Shown here: positions 31,216 through 40,102 of the stretch, piece after piece
Numbering within the stretch: position 1 is the stretch's first letter
How the letters are laid out: each line of letters begins with the position of its first letter
DNA from: Bacteroidia bacterium
GTDB taxonomy: Bacteria > Bacteroidota > Ignavibacteria > UBA10030
DNA: 64,000 nt
Assembly (NCBI GenBank): GCA_022180565.1
Contig: BQML01000002.1
Coordinates: 273,824-337,823, forward strand
Direction: 5' to 3'
The notes under the pieces: model-generated
Databases searched by the model: none
What the model was told of the DNA's origin: nothing
Seen by the model: only the letters and a program-made list of their open reading frames with translations
Program-made: the position numbers and the translations under genes

Positions 31216-32277
31216 ATGCCCGAACCATCTGTCTCTGTTGCCATCGTGTTCAACCATGTGGGGGAGGACGAGTACGAAAAGCTGAAAGAAGTCGATCCGA
31301 AGTCACTCGGATTCAAGCCCGAGTACGATATTCATGTTGCGACGGTTTTGGAGGAATACCAGGAAATCCAGAAGGCCCTCGAGAGGGAGGGATACAAGGT
31401 CTCTGTCCTGAATGTGGATGATGATCTCGACCGCCTTCTTACTTTCCTGAAGAATCCCCCGGATGTCGTCTTCAATTTGGTGGAGTATTTCCGCGAAGAT
31501 CCCAAGCTGGAGCACATGGTGGCCGGTTTGTACGAGCTTTTTCGAGTACCCTATACGGGATCTCCTCCGTTTGCCCTGGCCCTGTGTCAGCGCAAGGGGC
31601 TGACGAAGCAACTCCTCCTGAAAAACGGGGTTCTCACTCCGAGGTTTCACCTGTTGTTTAAACCCCACCTGAAGACCCGCCACGGGCTTCGTTACCCCCT
31701 CATTGTGAAGCCGGCACGGGAGGACGCGAGCATGGGCGTCGAGTCGTCGTCCGTGGTATACAACCTGGACCAGCTGAGGAACAGAATCGAACATGCCTTC
31801 CGTGAATTCACCCCCCCGATCCTGGTCGAGGAATTCATCCTGGGACGGGAATTGCATGTCGCTGTGCTGGGCAACGACCCGCCGGAAGTTCTGCCGATCC
31901 TCGAATACGATTTCTCTGAGCTTCCTCAAGAGGTTCCCCCCATGATCACCTACGCTGCCAAGTGGGATCCCTTGAAAGAGGAGTTCCACCGTGTCCATAC
32001 GATCTGTCCCGCCAGGCTTCCGAAGAGGGTGGAGCATAAGATCCGTGAACGGGCCCTCCAGGCCTATGCGCTCACCAACTGCCGTGACTATGCGCGGATC
32101 GACATGAGGCTCTCAAAAGACAATAAGGTGTACGTGCTCGAAGTGAATCCCAATCCGGACCTCACCGAAGGAGTCTCGTTCATGGAGTCGGCGGAAAAGG
32201 CGGGATTGTCGTTCCAGCAAACACTGAAGCGAATCGTCGAGATGGCGCGCGCACGATCTCCGAGGTTGAAAGCCTGA
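31216..32277 (+). CDS. ATP-grasp enzyme of the D-alanine--D-alanine ligase family (Ddl-like, atypical N-terminus)
   Basis: C-terminal Ddl ATP-grasp motifs (…LIVKPAREDASMGVE…, …GRELHVAVLGND…, …EVNPNPDLTEGVSF…) but lacks the canonical Ddl N-terminal GGxSxEHEVS motif. Confidence 0.8.
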   Translation: MPEPSVSVAIVFNHVGEDEYEKLKEVDPKSLGFKPEYDIHVATVLEEYQEIQKALEREGYKVSVLNVDDDLDRLLTFLKNPPDVVFNLVEYFREDPKLEHMVAGLYELFRVPYTGSPPFALALCQRKGLTKQLLLKNGVLTPRFHLLFKPHLKTRHGLRYPLIVKPAREDASMGVESSSVVYNLDQLRNRIEHAFREFTPPILVEEFILGRELHVAVLGNDPPEVLPILEYDFSELPQEVPPMITYAAKWDPLKEEFHRVHTICPARLPKRVEHKIRERALQAYALTNCRDYARIDMRLSKDNKVYVLEVNPNPDLTEGVSFMESAEKAGLSFQQTLKRIVEMARARSPRLKA

Positions 32278-32352
32278 CCGACTCCTGAGAACGGTCACAG
32301 GTCCGTCTCCCGTTTCCTTTTCTTCCTCCCAAACTTTCAGTATCTTCGCTGC

Positions 32353-34944
32353 ATGACCACGCCCCTCATGCGCCAATACCGGCAGGTGAAGGCAAAGTAC
32401 CCGGATACGATCCTCCTGTTCCGGATGGGCGACTTCTATGAAACCTTCGAAGACGATGCAAGGACCGCCTCCACCGTTCTCGGCATTACGCTGACGAAAC
32501 GCGGGAACGGGGCAGCGGGCGAGGTGCCTCTGGCCGGATTTCCGCACCATGCTCTTGAATCCTACCTTCCAAAACTCCTGAAAGCCGGTCATCGCGTTGC
32601 GGTCTGTGAGCAACTCGAAGATCCCAGGTTCGCGAAAGGAATCGTCAAACGGGATGTCGTCGAAGTGATCACGCCGGGTGTCGCTTTTTCTGAGAAAGTG
32701 CTCGACAGGCGACAAAACAACTATCTCGCCTGTGTTGCTCTCGGCTCCGCTGTGGCAGCGGCCGACGATAACGCAGGGCTCGCTTTTGTTGACGCCTCGA
32801 CGGGAGAATTCAATGCAGGGGAACTGCCGCTGAGGCTCTTGGCCGAGCACATCGCCAACCTGCACCCTTCCGAATTGCTCGTCCAGAAACGCGACCGTGC
32901 CGCGCTTGAGGGTATCCTGAAAGGAGCCTTCAACGGAATCGTCAGTGTATTGGATGATTGGGTGTTCAACGCGGGTTATGGATACGACCTCCTGCTCCAG
33001 CACTTTAAGACACAATCGCTGAAGGGATTCGGACTCGAGGATTTGAAGCAGGCAGTCGTGGCCGCGGGAGCCGTGATGAACTACCTCCAGGAGACGCAGA
33101 AGGCCAACCTGCCGCATATTACGCGCATCTCGCTCTATGAGCCGGGTGAAGCCATGGTGTTGGACGGTCCTACCAAGCGGAATCTCGAAATCGTGGCGAC
33201 CATGCAGGGGGAAACTACCGGCACGCTCTTTTCGGTGATCGACAGGACACGAACCCCGATGGGCGGCAGACTGCTCAACAAATGGGTTCATATGCCTCTT
33301 CGCAATCTCGCCGGCATTCGCGCACGCCTGCAGGCGGTGAAGGATCTGGTTGAGCACCCCCGGGAGAGAGAAGCTCTGGGAATGATCTTGGACGATATCG
33401 GCGATCTTGAGCGGCTCACAGCGAGAGTGGCGACAGGACGCGCGATCCCACGGGAACTTCGCCAACTCGGTACATTTCTTTCCCTCCTGCCAAAACTGAA
33501 ATCGGTCCTGAAAGACTTTCGGGCTTCTGAGCTCATTCACCTCAGGGATGAGATCGATCCGCTCGAGGGAGTTGTCGAAAAAATCCGGTCTGCACTGAAC
33601 GATGATCTTCCGGCCTCACTTGCGGAGGGTGGCGTGATCCGGAAGGGTTATCATGCGGAACTTGATGAGCTTCGGACTCTGGCCTTCAGCGGAAAGGAAT
33701 GGATCGCTCGTTTGCAGGAGGATGAACGTCGCCGAACGGGGATTCCGTCGCTCAAGGTTGGCTACAACAGTGTCTTCGGCTACTATCTGGAAGTGACCAA
33801 CACGCACAGGGAGAAAGTGCCGGCGGAATACATCCGTAAGCAGACCCTGACAAATGCCGAACGCTACGTTACGCCGGCTTTGAAGGAATACGAAGAAAAA
33901 ATTCTGCATGCCGAGGAAAAGATCCTCGCTTTGGAAACGATGCTGTTTGACGGGCTCCGCCGGGAGGTGTCGTCGTTTGCCGCGGTGATTCAACGGAACG
34001 CACAGAGTGTTGCAACAGTCGATTGCTATGCATCGCTTGCCGACATGGCGGTAGAGCAGGAGTATGTGTGTCCTGAAGTGGACGATTCGACTGTGATCGA
34101 GATCCGGCAGGGGCGTCACCCTGTGATCGAGCGCTTTCTCCCGCCGGGAGAGCGCTACACACCGAACGACACGCTTCTTGATGCGGCGACCGATCAGATC
34201 CACATCATCACCGGCCCCAACATGAGCGGGAAATCAAGCTATCTGCGGCAGGTAGGACTGATCACCCTCATGGCACAGGTCGGAAGCTTCGTCCCGGCCC
34301 GTTCGGCGAGGATCGGTCTGGTCGATAAGATCTTCACTCGCGTCGGAGCCAGTGACAACATCACATCCGGGGAAAGCACGTTCCTCGTTGAGATGCACGA
34401 GGCGGCGAAGATCGTTAACACGGCGACTGCCCGGAGCCTCATTCTGCTCGACGAAATCGGTCGGGGGACGAGTACTTTTGACGGTATCAGCATCGCCTGG
34501 GCGCTCACGGAGTATCTCCATCAGCGCATTGGAGCGCGGACCCTGTTTGCGACCCACTATCATGAGCTCAACGAACTGGCGCAGATCCTGCCGCGGGTGA
34601 GGAATTACAAGGTGGATGTTCGGGAGTACGAAGACAAGGTGATCTTTCTGCACAGGGTCGTTGCGGGATTTGCTGACCATTCCTACGGCATTCAGGTGGC
34701 GCAAATGGCCGGTCTACCGCCGGAAGTCATTGAACGCGCGGGGAAGATCCTGAAGACTTTGGAAAAACAAGGGTCGGAGGGCGCGCGAGGCGGAAGACAG
34801 GAGATGCAGATGACTTTGTTCGAAGCGAAGGATGACGAGCTCCGGAAGGAAATCCGGGAACTGAATGTCGATGCCATGACGCCCCTTGAGGCGCTCAGAA
34901 AACTTGCCGAACTCAAGGAACGCCTGAAGGAGGATCGAAGATGA
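32353..34944 (+). CDS. mutS: DNA mismatch repair protein MutS
   Basis: Mismatch-binding N-domain (TPLMRQYRQVKAKYPD…FRMGDFYETF), Walker A GPNMSGKSS, …STFLVEMHE…; 863 aa. Confidence 0.95.
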   Translation: MTTPLMRQYRQVKAKYPDTILLFRMGDFYETFEDDARTASTVLGITLTKRGNGAAGEVPLAGFPHHALESYLPKLLKAGHRVAVCEQLEDPRFAKGIVKRDVVEVITPGVAFSEKVLDRRQNNYLACVALGSAVAAADDNAGLAFVDASTGEFNAGELPLRLLAEHIANLHPSELLVQKRDRAALEGILKGAFNGIVSVLDDWVFNAGYGYDLLLQHFKTQSLKGFGLEDLKQAVVAAGAVMNYLQETQKANLPHITRISLYEPGEAMVLDGPTKRNLEIVATMQGETTGTLFSVIDRTRTPMGGRLLNKWVHMPLRNLAGIRARLQAVKDLVEHPREREALGMILDDIGDLERLTARVATGRAIPRELRQLGTFLSLLPKLKSVLKDFRASELIHLRDEIDPLEGVVEKIRSALNDDLPASLAEGGVIRKGYHAELDELRTLAFSGKEWIARLQEDERRRTGIPSLKVGYNSVFGYYLEVTNTHREKVPAEYIRKQTLTNAERYVTPALKEYEEKILHAEEKILALETMLFDGLRREVSSFAAVIQRNAQSVATVDCYASLADMAVEQEYVCPEVDDSTVIEIRQGRHPVIERFLPPGERYTPNDTLLDAATDQIHIITGPNMSGKSSYLRQVGLITLMAQVGSFVPARSARIGLVDKIFTRVGASDNITSGESTFLVEMHEAAKIVNTATARSLILLDEIGRGTSTFDGISIAWALTEYLHQRIGARTLFATHYHELNELAQILPRVRNYKVDVREYEDKVIFLHRVVAGFADHSYGIQVAQMAGLPPEVIERAGKILKTLEKQGSEGARGGRQEMQMTLFEAKDDELRKEIRELNVDAMTPLEALRKLAELKERLKEDRR

Positions 34945-35444
34945 CAAGAGAGCATTTGGAAGAATTATTTGCTTACGATCGTTGGGCCACTGACAAACTG
35001 CTTGATGTGGTCGGGACGCTTTCCGAAGAACTGTACGCGAAGGATCTCGGAACAAGTCATGGCGGAATCCGGGGTACTTTGATTCATACATACGGGGCCG
35101 GGGAGATCTGGCTGAAGAGATGGGGAGGGGAGAGTCCGAGCGTGCTCATCACCGAGGAGGACATTCCCACCTTCTCCCTGCTCCGCAAGAAATGGACTGC
35201 TCTTCAGGAGGGACACGCGGCGTTCCTCAAGGGTGTGAGCGATGCGCGTCTTCAGTCTTCTCATCCATACAGGAACCTCAAAGGCGAACTCTTTACGACG
35301 GAGCTTTGGAGACAGATGCAGCATGTTGTGAACCATGGAAGCTATCACCGCGGACAGGTAGTGGCGATGCTGCGCCAGCTCGGGGTGAAACCGCCGACGA
35401 CGGATTTGATCTATTTCTACCTGGAGCGCCGAAAGCATGGCTGA
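34941..35444 (+). CDS. DinB-family (DinB_2/DUF664) four-helix-bundle metal-dependent protein
   Basis: His triad pattern (…HTYGAGEIW…, …VVNHGSYHRGQV…); ATGA overlap with the mutS stop. Confidence 0.75.
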   Translation: MTREHLEELFAYDRWATDKLLDVVGTLSEELYAKDLGTSHGGIRGTLIHTYGAGEIWLKRWGGESPSVLITEEDIPTFSLLRKKWTALQEGHAAFLKGVSDARLQSSHPYRNLKGELFTTELWRQMQHVVNHGSYHRGQVVAMLRQLGVKPPTTDLIYFYLERRKHG

Positions 35445-36054
35445 CAAGCCGATACCGCTGCGCAGACATCGACTCCGGCACTTGCCAGACCTTCGCGTCC
35501 GGCCCTCCTTCTTTGAGAGGAATTTTTCAGCGGGCTGTTCCATGGTGAACTGCAATGCCGACTGCTGCCGCTATGGTGTGATGATCGATCCGGAGGAACG
35601 CGATCGGATTCTTGCACATCAGGATCTCGTTCTACGGTACATGGAGCCGCATCAGGTGACCGATCCGGACCAGTGGTTCGAAGAAGAGCATCAGGATAAG
35701 GACTTTCCTTCAGGACGTGCGGTGGGTACGCAGGCCACGGAGCACGGATGCGTGTTCCTGGATTCGTCAGGTCGCTGTGTCCTTCAAAAGGCCGCCATGG
35801 GGGAGGGAATGGAGAAGTTTTTCCTGAAACCGTTTTTTTGCATTGCCTATCCGGTGACGATCGAAGATGGCGAGCTTGTGATCGATGATGCCGAGTTCGT
35901 GAACCGGACGGCCTGCTGCACTGTGGTCAAAGGCGGGAGCAGGACGGTGTTTGACGTTTGTGAAGAGGAACTTGGCTTTGTCCTGGGGGAGGAGGGTCTG
36001 AGCGAGTTGAAGGAGTTGTCGAAGAGAAAAGAGGAGCGAGGTTCCCGCGCCTAA
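35437..36054 (+). CDS. Cys-rich DUF3109-like protein (putative metal/Fe-S binding)
   Basis: CxxxxCxxxCC cluster (…CSMVNCNADCCRYG…) plus a second Cys group (…CVFLDSSGRCV…, …TACCTV…); ATGGCTGA overlap with the upstream stop. Confidence 0.5.
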   Translation: MADKPIPLRRHRLRHLPDLRVRPSFFERNFSAGCSMVNCNADCCRYGVMIDPEERDRILAHQDLVLRYMEPHQVTDPDQWFEEEHQDKDFPSGRAVGTQATEHGCVFLDSSGRCVLQKAAMGEGMEKFFLKPFFCIAYPVTIEDGELVIDDAEFVNRTACCTVVKGGSRTVFDVCEEELGFVLGEEGLSELKELSKRKEERGSRA

Positions 36055-36182
36055 AAAGAGGTCTTGCTTCCCACCGGATTTCTCTATAGGTTGCCGCCCG
36101 CTCGCTGGGGGTCGAAGTATCCATCGGCAGCGATGGCCCAAGTAATGCGCAGTTTTCCTCCCACTTTACTTGAGGAGTCCGA

Positions 36183-36572
36183 ATGCCATTCGACGTCCAG
36201 GTCGATGCGGACCACGCTCGATGCACGGTTCGCGGGTATGGTTCATTCGATTTCAAACAGGCGGTCGATGCCCTTCTTGCAGTCACTCGTGATTCCCGTT
36301 ATGCGCCCGGCATGGCGCTTCACTTCGACGTCCGGAAAATGGAGTTCGTCCCGACGCCCGATGAATCCTGGAAGCTCGCCCTGACCCTCCGGAGCCTCCG
36401 TAAAACTCTCACCGGAAAGATAGCCGTTGTAGTCTCCGCTCCCTTGCATTACGGCGTGGCCCGCGTCATCTCCACGTATGCAGCGGTCGGCGGTATTCGG
36501 ATGAAACCGTTCTTGAAGGAACAGGAGGCGATTGACTGGTTGACTGCTGACGACCCCGGGGAAGATGAATGA
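36183..36572 (+). CDS. hypothetical 129-aa protein (possible STAS/SpoIIAA-like fold; unverified)
   Basis: Good GAGGAG Shine-Dalgarno; C-terminal …GKIAVVVSAPLHYGVARVISTYAAVGGIRMKPFLKEQEAIDWL… loosely resembles STAS C-terminal helices; no catalytic motif. Confidence 0.45.
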   Translation: MPFDVQVDADHARCTVRGYGSFDFKQAVDALLAVTRDSRYAPGMALHFDVRKMEFVPTPDESWKLALTLRSLRKTLTGKIAVVVSAPLHYGVARVISTYAAVGGIRMKPFLKEQEAIDWLTADDPGEDE

Positions 36573-36661
36573 CGTTTCCCAGTCAAACCCGGTGGGTTTG
36601 ATTCTCGCCACAAAAACCGCTATTTTCTTCGTTGTGACGCAGTTTTTCCCAAGGACCGGAT

Positions 36662-38815
36662 TTGTTTCGCGCAATCCAGACTCGCATTGAATTCAAAATT
36701 CTGCTCCTCATTGTCGCCGTCCTTGTCGGCGGGTTTGGCTCCTTCGTTGTCCTGACCATCCAGAAGGAATCCGAGGCTCTTCTCACCCAAGCGCAGGAAA
36801 AGCTCCATCTCTTTTCTGAGTCCGTGAGCGCGGGGATCCGCAACGTGATGCTCACGGGCAAGTCCCCGTTCGCCGTCGCCTTCGTCAACGATACGCGGGA
36901 AAACCTACCGTTTGCAACGATCACCATCTACGATCGTTTCGGCCGCGAGGTTTTCCTGCGGGAAGGCGAAGGGGTAGCCTACAATGTGAAGGATGAGTGG
37001 CTGGGGAAGACCCTTGCATCGGGCACCATGACGTCGACGTCCGTGAACGTGAATGGTTCGGAGCTTTACGCCCGGTACGAGCCCCTGCGTAACCGGTCCG
37101 AATGTTGGCGATGCCACGACCCGCGGCAGCCCCTCAGAGGCGCCCTCCTTCTCGGGCTTCGCACGGAACCGATACGCCCTTCGGCGGGGATTGGAGTGCA
37201 CGACCTGGCCGGAACAGTAAGCCAATTCGTGGCCTCTGCATTCAGAACGATCATGCTTGGCGGACAGGGGGAAATGATGGATACGCTGACCGCACGTGTC
37301 CGCGAAATTCCGGGCGTCCGGCGTGTTCAGGTCTATGCGAAGGACGGGTGGCTTGCCTTCGGTCCCGAAGAAGAGGAATTGGCGGAGGACGATATCCTCC
37401 GGGTGGTCCGGAAAGGATCGGCGGACCTTTCCTTTGAGGACCGGGGATCAATCCTGAGGGTGTTTCTTCCATTGCTCAACGAAGATCGGTGCCAGGTGTG
37501 CCATGGGTCCCGGCATCCCATGCGCGGCGTGCTCGTAGCCGATTTCGACAAGCCCGTGTTGTGGCAAATGGTCCGAAGAGGAAAGGAAGCCATTGCGGCC
37601 GTCTTGCAATCGACGGTTTTCGAAGGCTTTCGCAGTATTATGCTGGTGGGCCGTGCCAGCTCGACCCGCTACTACCTGGACGCTATTCGCGCGAACGCTC
37701 TCGTGGGTGTTGTCCGGGTCTTCGATGATGAGAGGAATGAGCGGTTTCTGAATCCGCCATTGCGCGAGCGGCCGGAAATCCGCGAAGTCGTTGAAACAAA
37801 GAAACCCCTCCAGTTTATGGAAACCGTGAATGGAACGGAATACCTTGTCCGTCTGAGTCCACTGCCGAACGAGGTCCGGTGTTATTCCTGCCACGGAAAG
37901 AATCACGATATTCGGGGGGTCGTCGAAGTCACGACTTCGATGGCTGCGATCAACGATGCCGTTCGGGCAAACAAAATGCGGTCGGCAGCTGTTGGACTCG
38001 GGACGATCGTGTTGACATGGATCGTTCTTCGCCAATTTATGAAAGCGATGGTTGTCAAACCCGTCCAGGCTATCGGCCAGGTCGCCGAGCGCGTTGGGAA
38101 CGGAGATTTCACGGTCCAGGCCCATATACGGTCGAAGGACGAAATCGGGAACCTGGGCCAAAGAATCAATGATATGATTCGGGGCCTGCGCGAGAGGCTT
38201 CGTCTGCAAAAGTTCGTTTCCGAGCAGACCGTGAGGGCTGTCCGCGCGGCGGATGCGGAGGGGATCAGGCTGGGGGGCGAGCGAAAAAGAGCCACGGTGT
38301 TCTTTTCCGACATCAGGGGATTCACGGCATTTGCTGAGAGCCGGGATCCGGAGGAAGTGGTTGCCGTGCTGAACCGATGTCTTTCCCGGCAGGCCCGAAT
38401 TGTGCGCAGTCACGGAGGTGATATTGACAAGTATGTGGGTGATGAGCTTGTTGCCGTGTTCGAGGGTGAGGGAATGGCGGCGAGGGCTTTGAGCGCGGCA
38501 AGGGACATTCAAAAAAGTCTTGCCGAGCAGGATGAGGGGAGGTCTCGCCTCACGGTGGGAATCGGCATCAACACGGGAGACATGGTTATGGGGGCGATGG
38601 GAAGCGAAGATCGCATGGCCTTTACGGTCATCGGCGACAGCGTCAATCTCGGCTCCAGATTGTGCGCGGCGGCAAAAGGAGGGCAGATTCTGATCTCAGA
38701 AGAGACGGCTCGGGAGCTCGGGGAAGTTCCCGGATGGCTCAGAAAGCTCGAGCCTCTGCAGGTAAAAGGGAAGCAGGAGCCTGTTGTAGTGTATGAGGTG
38801 CTTCCGACAGAATGA
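36662..38815 (+). CDS. membrane sensor adenylate/guanylate cyclase (class III CYCc) with HAMP domain and a periplasmic domain bearing three CxxCH heme-binding motifs
   Basis: TM1 (res 12-32); three repeated modules each containing CxxCH followed by RG (CWRCHDPRQPLRG, CQVCHGSRHPMRG, CYSCHGKNHDIRG); TM2 plus HAMP; C-terminal cyclase motifs (…FFSDIRGFT…, …KYVGDELVAVF…, …IGINTGDMVMG…); TTG start. Confidence 0.85.
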   Translation: MFRAIQTRIEFKILLLIVAVLVGGFGSFVVLTIQKESEALLTQAQEKLHLFSESVSAGIRNVMLTGKSPFAVAFVNDTRENLPFATITIYDRFGREVFLREGEGVAYNVKDEWLGKTLASGTMTSTSVNVNGSELYARYEPLRNRSECWRCHDPRQPLRGALLLGLRTEPIRPSAGIGVHDLAGTVSQFVASAFRTIMLGGQGEMMDTLTARVREIPGVRRVQVYAKDGWLAFGPEEEELAEDDILRVVRKGSADLSFEDRGSILRVFLPLLNEDRCQVCHGSRHPMRGVLVADFDKPVLWQMVRRGKEAIAAVLQSTVFEGFRSIMLVGRASSTRYYLDAIRANALVGVVRVFDDERNERFLNPPLRERPEIREVVETKKPLQFMETVNGTEYLVRLSPLPNEVRCYSCHGKNHDIRGVVEVTTSMAAINDAVRANKMRSAAVGLGTIVLTWIVLRQFMKAMVVKPVQAIGQVAERVGNGDFTVQAHIRSKDEIGNLGQRINDMIRGLRERLRLQKFVSEQTVRAVRAADAEGIRLGGERKRATVFFSDIRGFTAFAESRDPEEVVAVLNRCLSRQARIVRSHGGDIDKYVGDELVAVFEGEGMAARALSAARDIQKSLAEQDEGRSRLTVGIGINTGDMVMGAMGSEDRMAFTVIGDSVNLGSRLCAAAKGGQILISEETARELGEVPGWLRKLEPLQVKGKQEPVVVYEVLPTE

Positions 38816-38845
38816 CATTGTACCACAGACAAACAGGAAAGGACA

Positions 38846-40078
38846 GTGAATCAACGCAGGCTTTACAGGACGATTGAAAGCTTTGCATCGGAGCATTTTC
38901 GGACTGACAAGGAGATTCTGAAACATGTCGTCAACGAGATCGTCAAGGATGAAAACATCGACATTAAAGGCGGTCGGATCTGGCAGTATGAACCTTCGAC
39001 GCAATCGTACAGGCTCATCCACCAGATCGGTGTGATCGAGCGTCTGGATCCTGGATTCAGAATCCCCGTTGCGACCTATCCCATCTTTCTGAAACTCTCG
39101 GATCAGCGTTCGCTGATCGCGAATGAAACCAACGCCTACCTCAGAAAGAAGGGGATCGTGAAGTACTCAGTCACCGGCGTCGGGGAAAAGCTTCCGTACG
39201 GCAAGGGCAAGGTGTACCAGTATCTTCTGGCGTTCAACTCGGACAACCTTGATCAGAGCCTCCTGGCGACGCTGAACATCATCAGCGTAGCGGTTTCATC
39301 TCTCCTCGGACGGAGGCGGCTTGAGCAAAAGGCACGGATGCTGGCCCGCGATATCGACAAGGCTCGGGAGATTCAGCAAATCATCCTCCCTCCCCCGGCC
39401 CTCAAGTTCCATTCGTACGACGTTTATGGCTTGTCAAAGCCGGACAGGATTGTGGGGGGAGATTTCTTCGACTATCTTCAGGATGAGGATGAGGATGATC
39501 GTCTGCCCATTGTCATCGGCGATGCCGCGAGCAAAGGACTGAGGGCGGCGTCTCAGGCCCTCTACATCGTCGGCGGAGTGCGGATGGGAGTGAGTTACCA
39601 TGCCAAGATTACCACGCTCATGTCCAGACTAAATCGCCTGCTTCATGCAGCGTTTGCCGAGGATCAGTTCGTTTCAATGTTCTATGCCGAGCTGTTCAGG
39701 GATAAACGCGGCCTTGTTCTCTATGCGAATGCGGGTCACAACAGCCCCTTTCTCTACCACGCGAAGGACAACAGCATCGAGGTGCTGGAGCCGACCGGAC
39801 AGGTGATGGGGCCGTTTCCGGAGGAGAAATATCTCGTTGAAAATTCCTATCTTGAGCCGGGGGACGTCCTCTTGATGTATACCGACGGCATCAGCGAGGC
39901 TCGGGACGTGTCGGGTGAAGTATATGGTGAGGAACGGATCCAGCAAAGACTCAGGGACACGGCGTCGCAGACAGCAGAGCAAATCTGCGTCGGGCTCCTG
40001 GAGGACGTCCAGAGGTTTGCGCGGGGTTCGGAGGAAACGGATGATAGAACGATTGTTGTGGTCAAACGCCGCCAGTAA
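38846..40078 (+). CDS. GAF domain-containing PP2C-family serine phosphatase (SpoIIE/RsbU-like)
   Basis: N-terminal GAF-like region, C-terminal PP2C motifs (…GGDFFDY…, …IGDAASKG…, …MYTDGISEARD…, …DDRTIVVVK…); GTG start with AGGAAAGG Shine-Dalgarno. Confidence 0.85.
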   Translation: MNQRRLYRTIESFASEHFRTDKEILKHVVNEIVKDENIDIKGGRIWQYEPSTQSYRLIHQIGVIERLDPGFRIPVATYPIFLKLSDQRSLIANETNAYLRKKGIVKYSVTGVGEKLPYGKGKVYQYLLAFNSDNLDQSLLATLNIISVAVSSLLGRRRLEQKARMLARDIDKAREIQQIILPPPALKFHSYDVYGLSKPDRIVGGDFFDYLQDEDEDDRLPIVIGDAASKGLRAASQALYIVGGVRMGVSYHAKITTLMSRLNRLLHAAFAEDQFVSMFYAELFRDKRGLVLYANAGHNSPFLYHAKDNSIEVLEPTGQVMGPFPEEKYLVENSYLEPGDVLLMYTDGISEARDVSGEVYGEERIQQRLRDTASQTAEQICVGLLEDVQRFARGSEETDDRTIVVVKRRQ

Positions 40079-40102
40079 TCCACCATTTCCGAGGGAACGT
40101 GT

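Noticed and set aside
31303-33540. - strand ORFs of 244 and 475 aa
   Set aside because: Antisense to the ATP-grasp and mutS genes
36585-36600. Short hairpin AAACCC-ggt-GGGTTT after the 129-aa gene as a terminator
   Set aside because: Only a 6-bp stem and no downstream U-tract; too weak to call; the next gene is probably cotranscribed
37448-38512. 354-aa - strand ORF
   Set aside because: Antisense to the sensor cyclase gene
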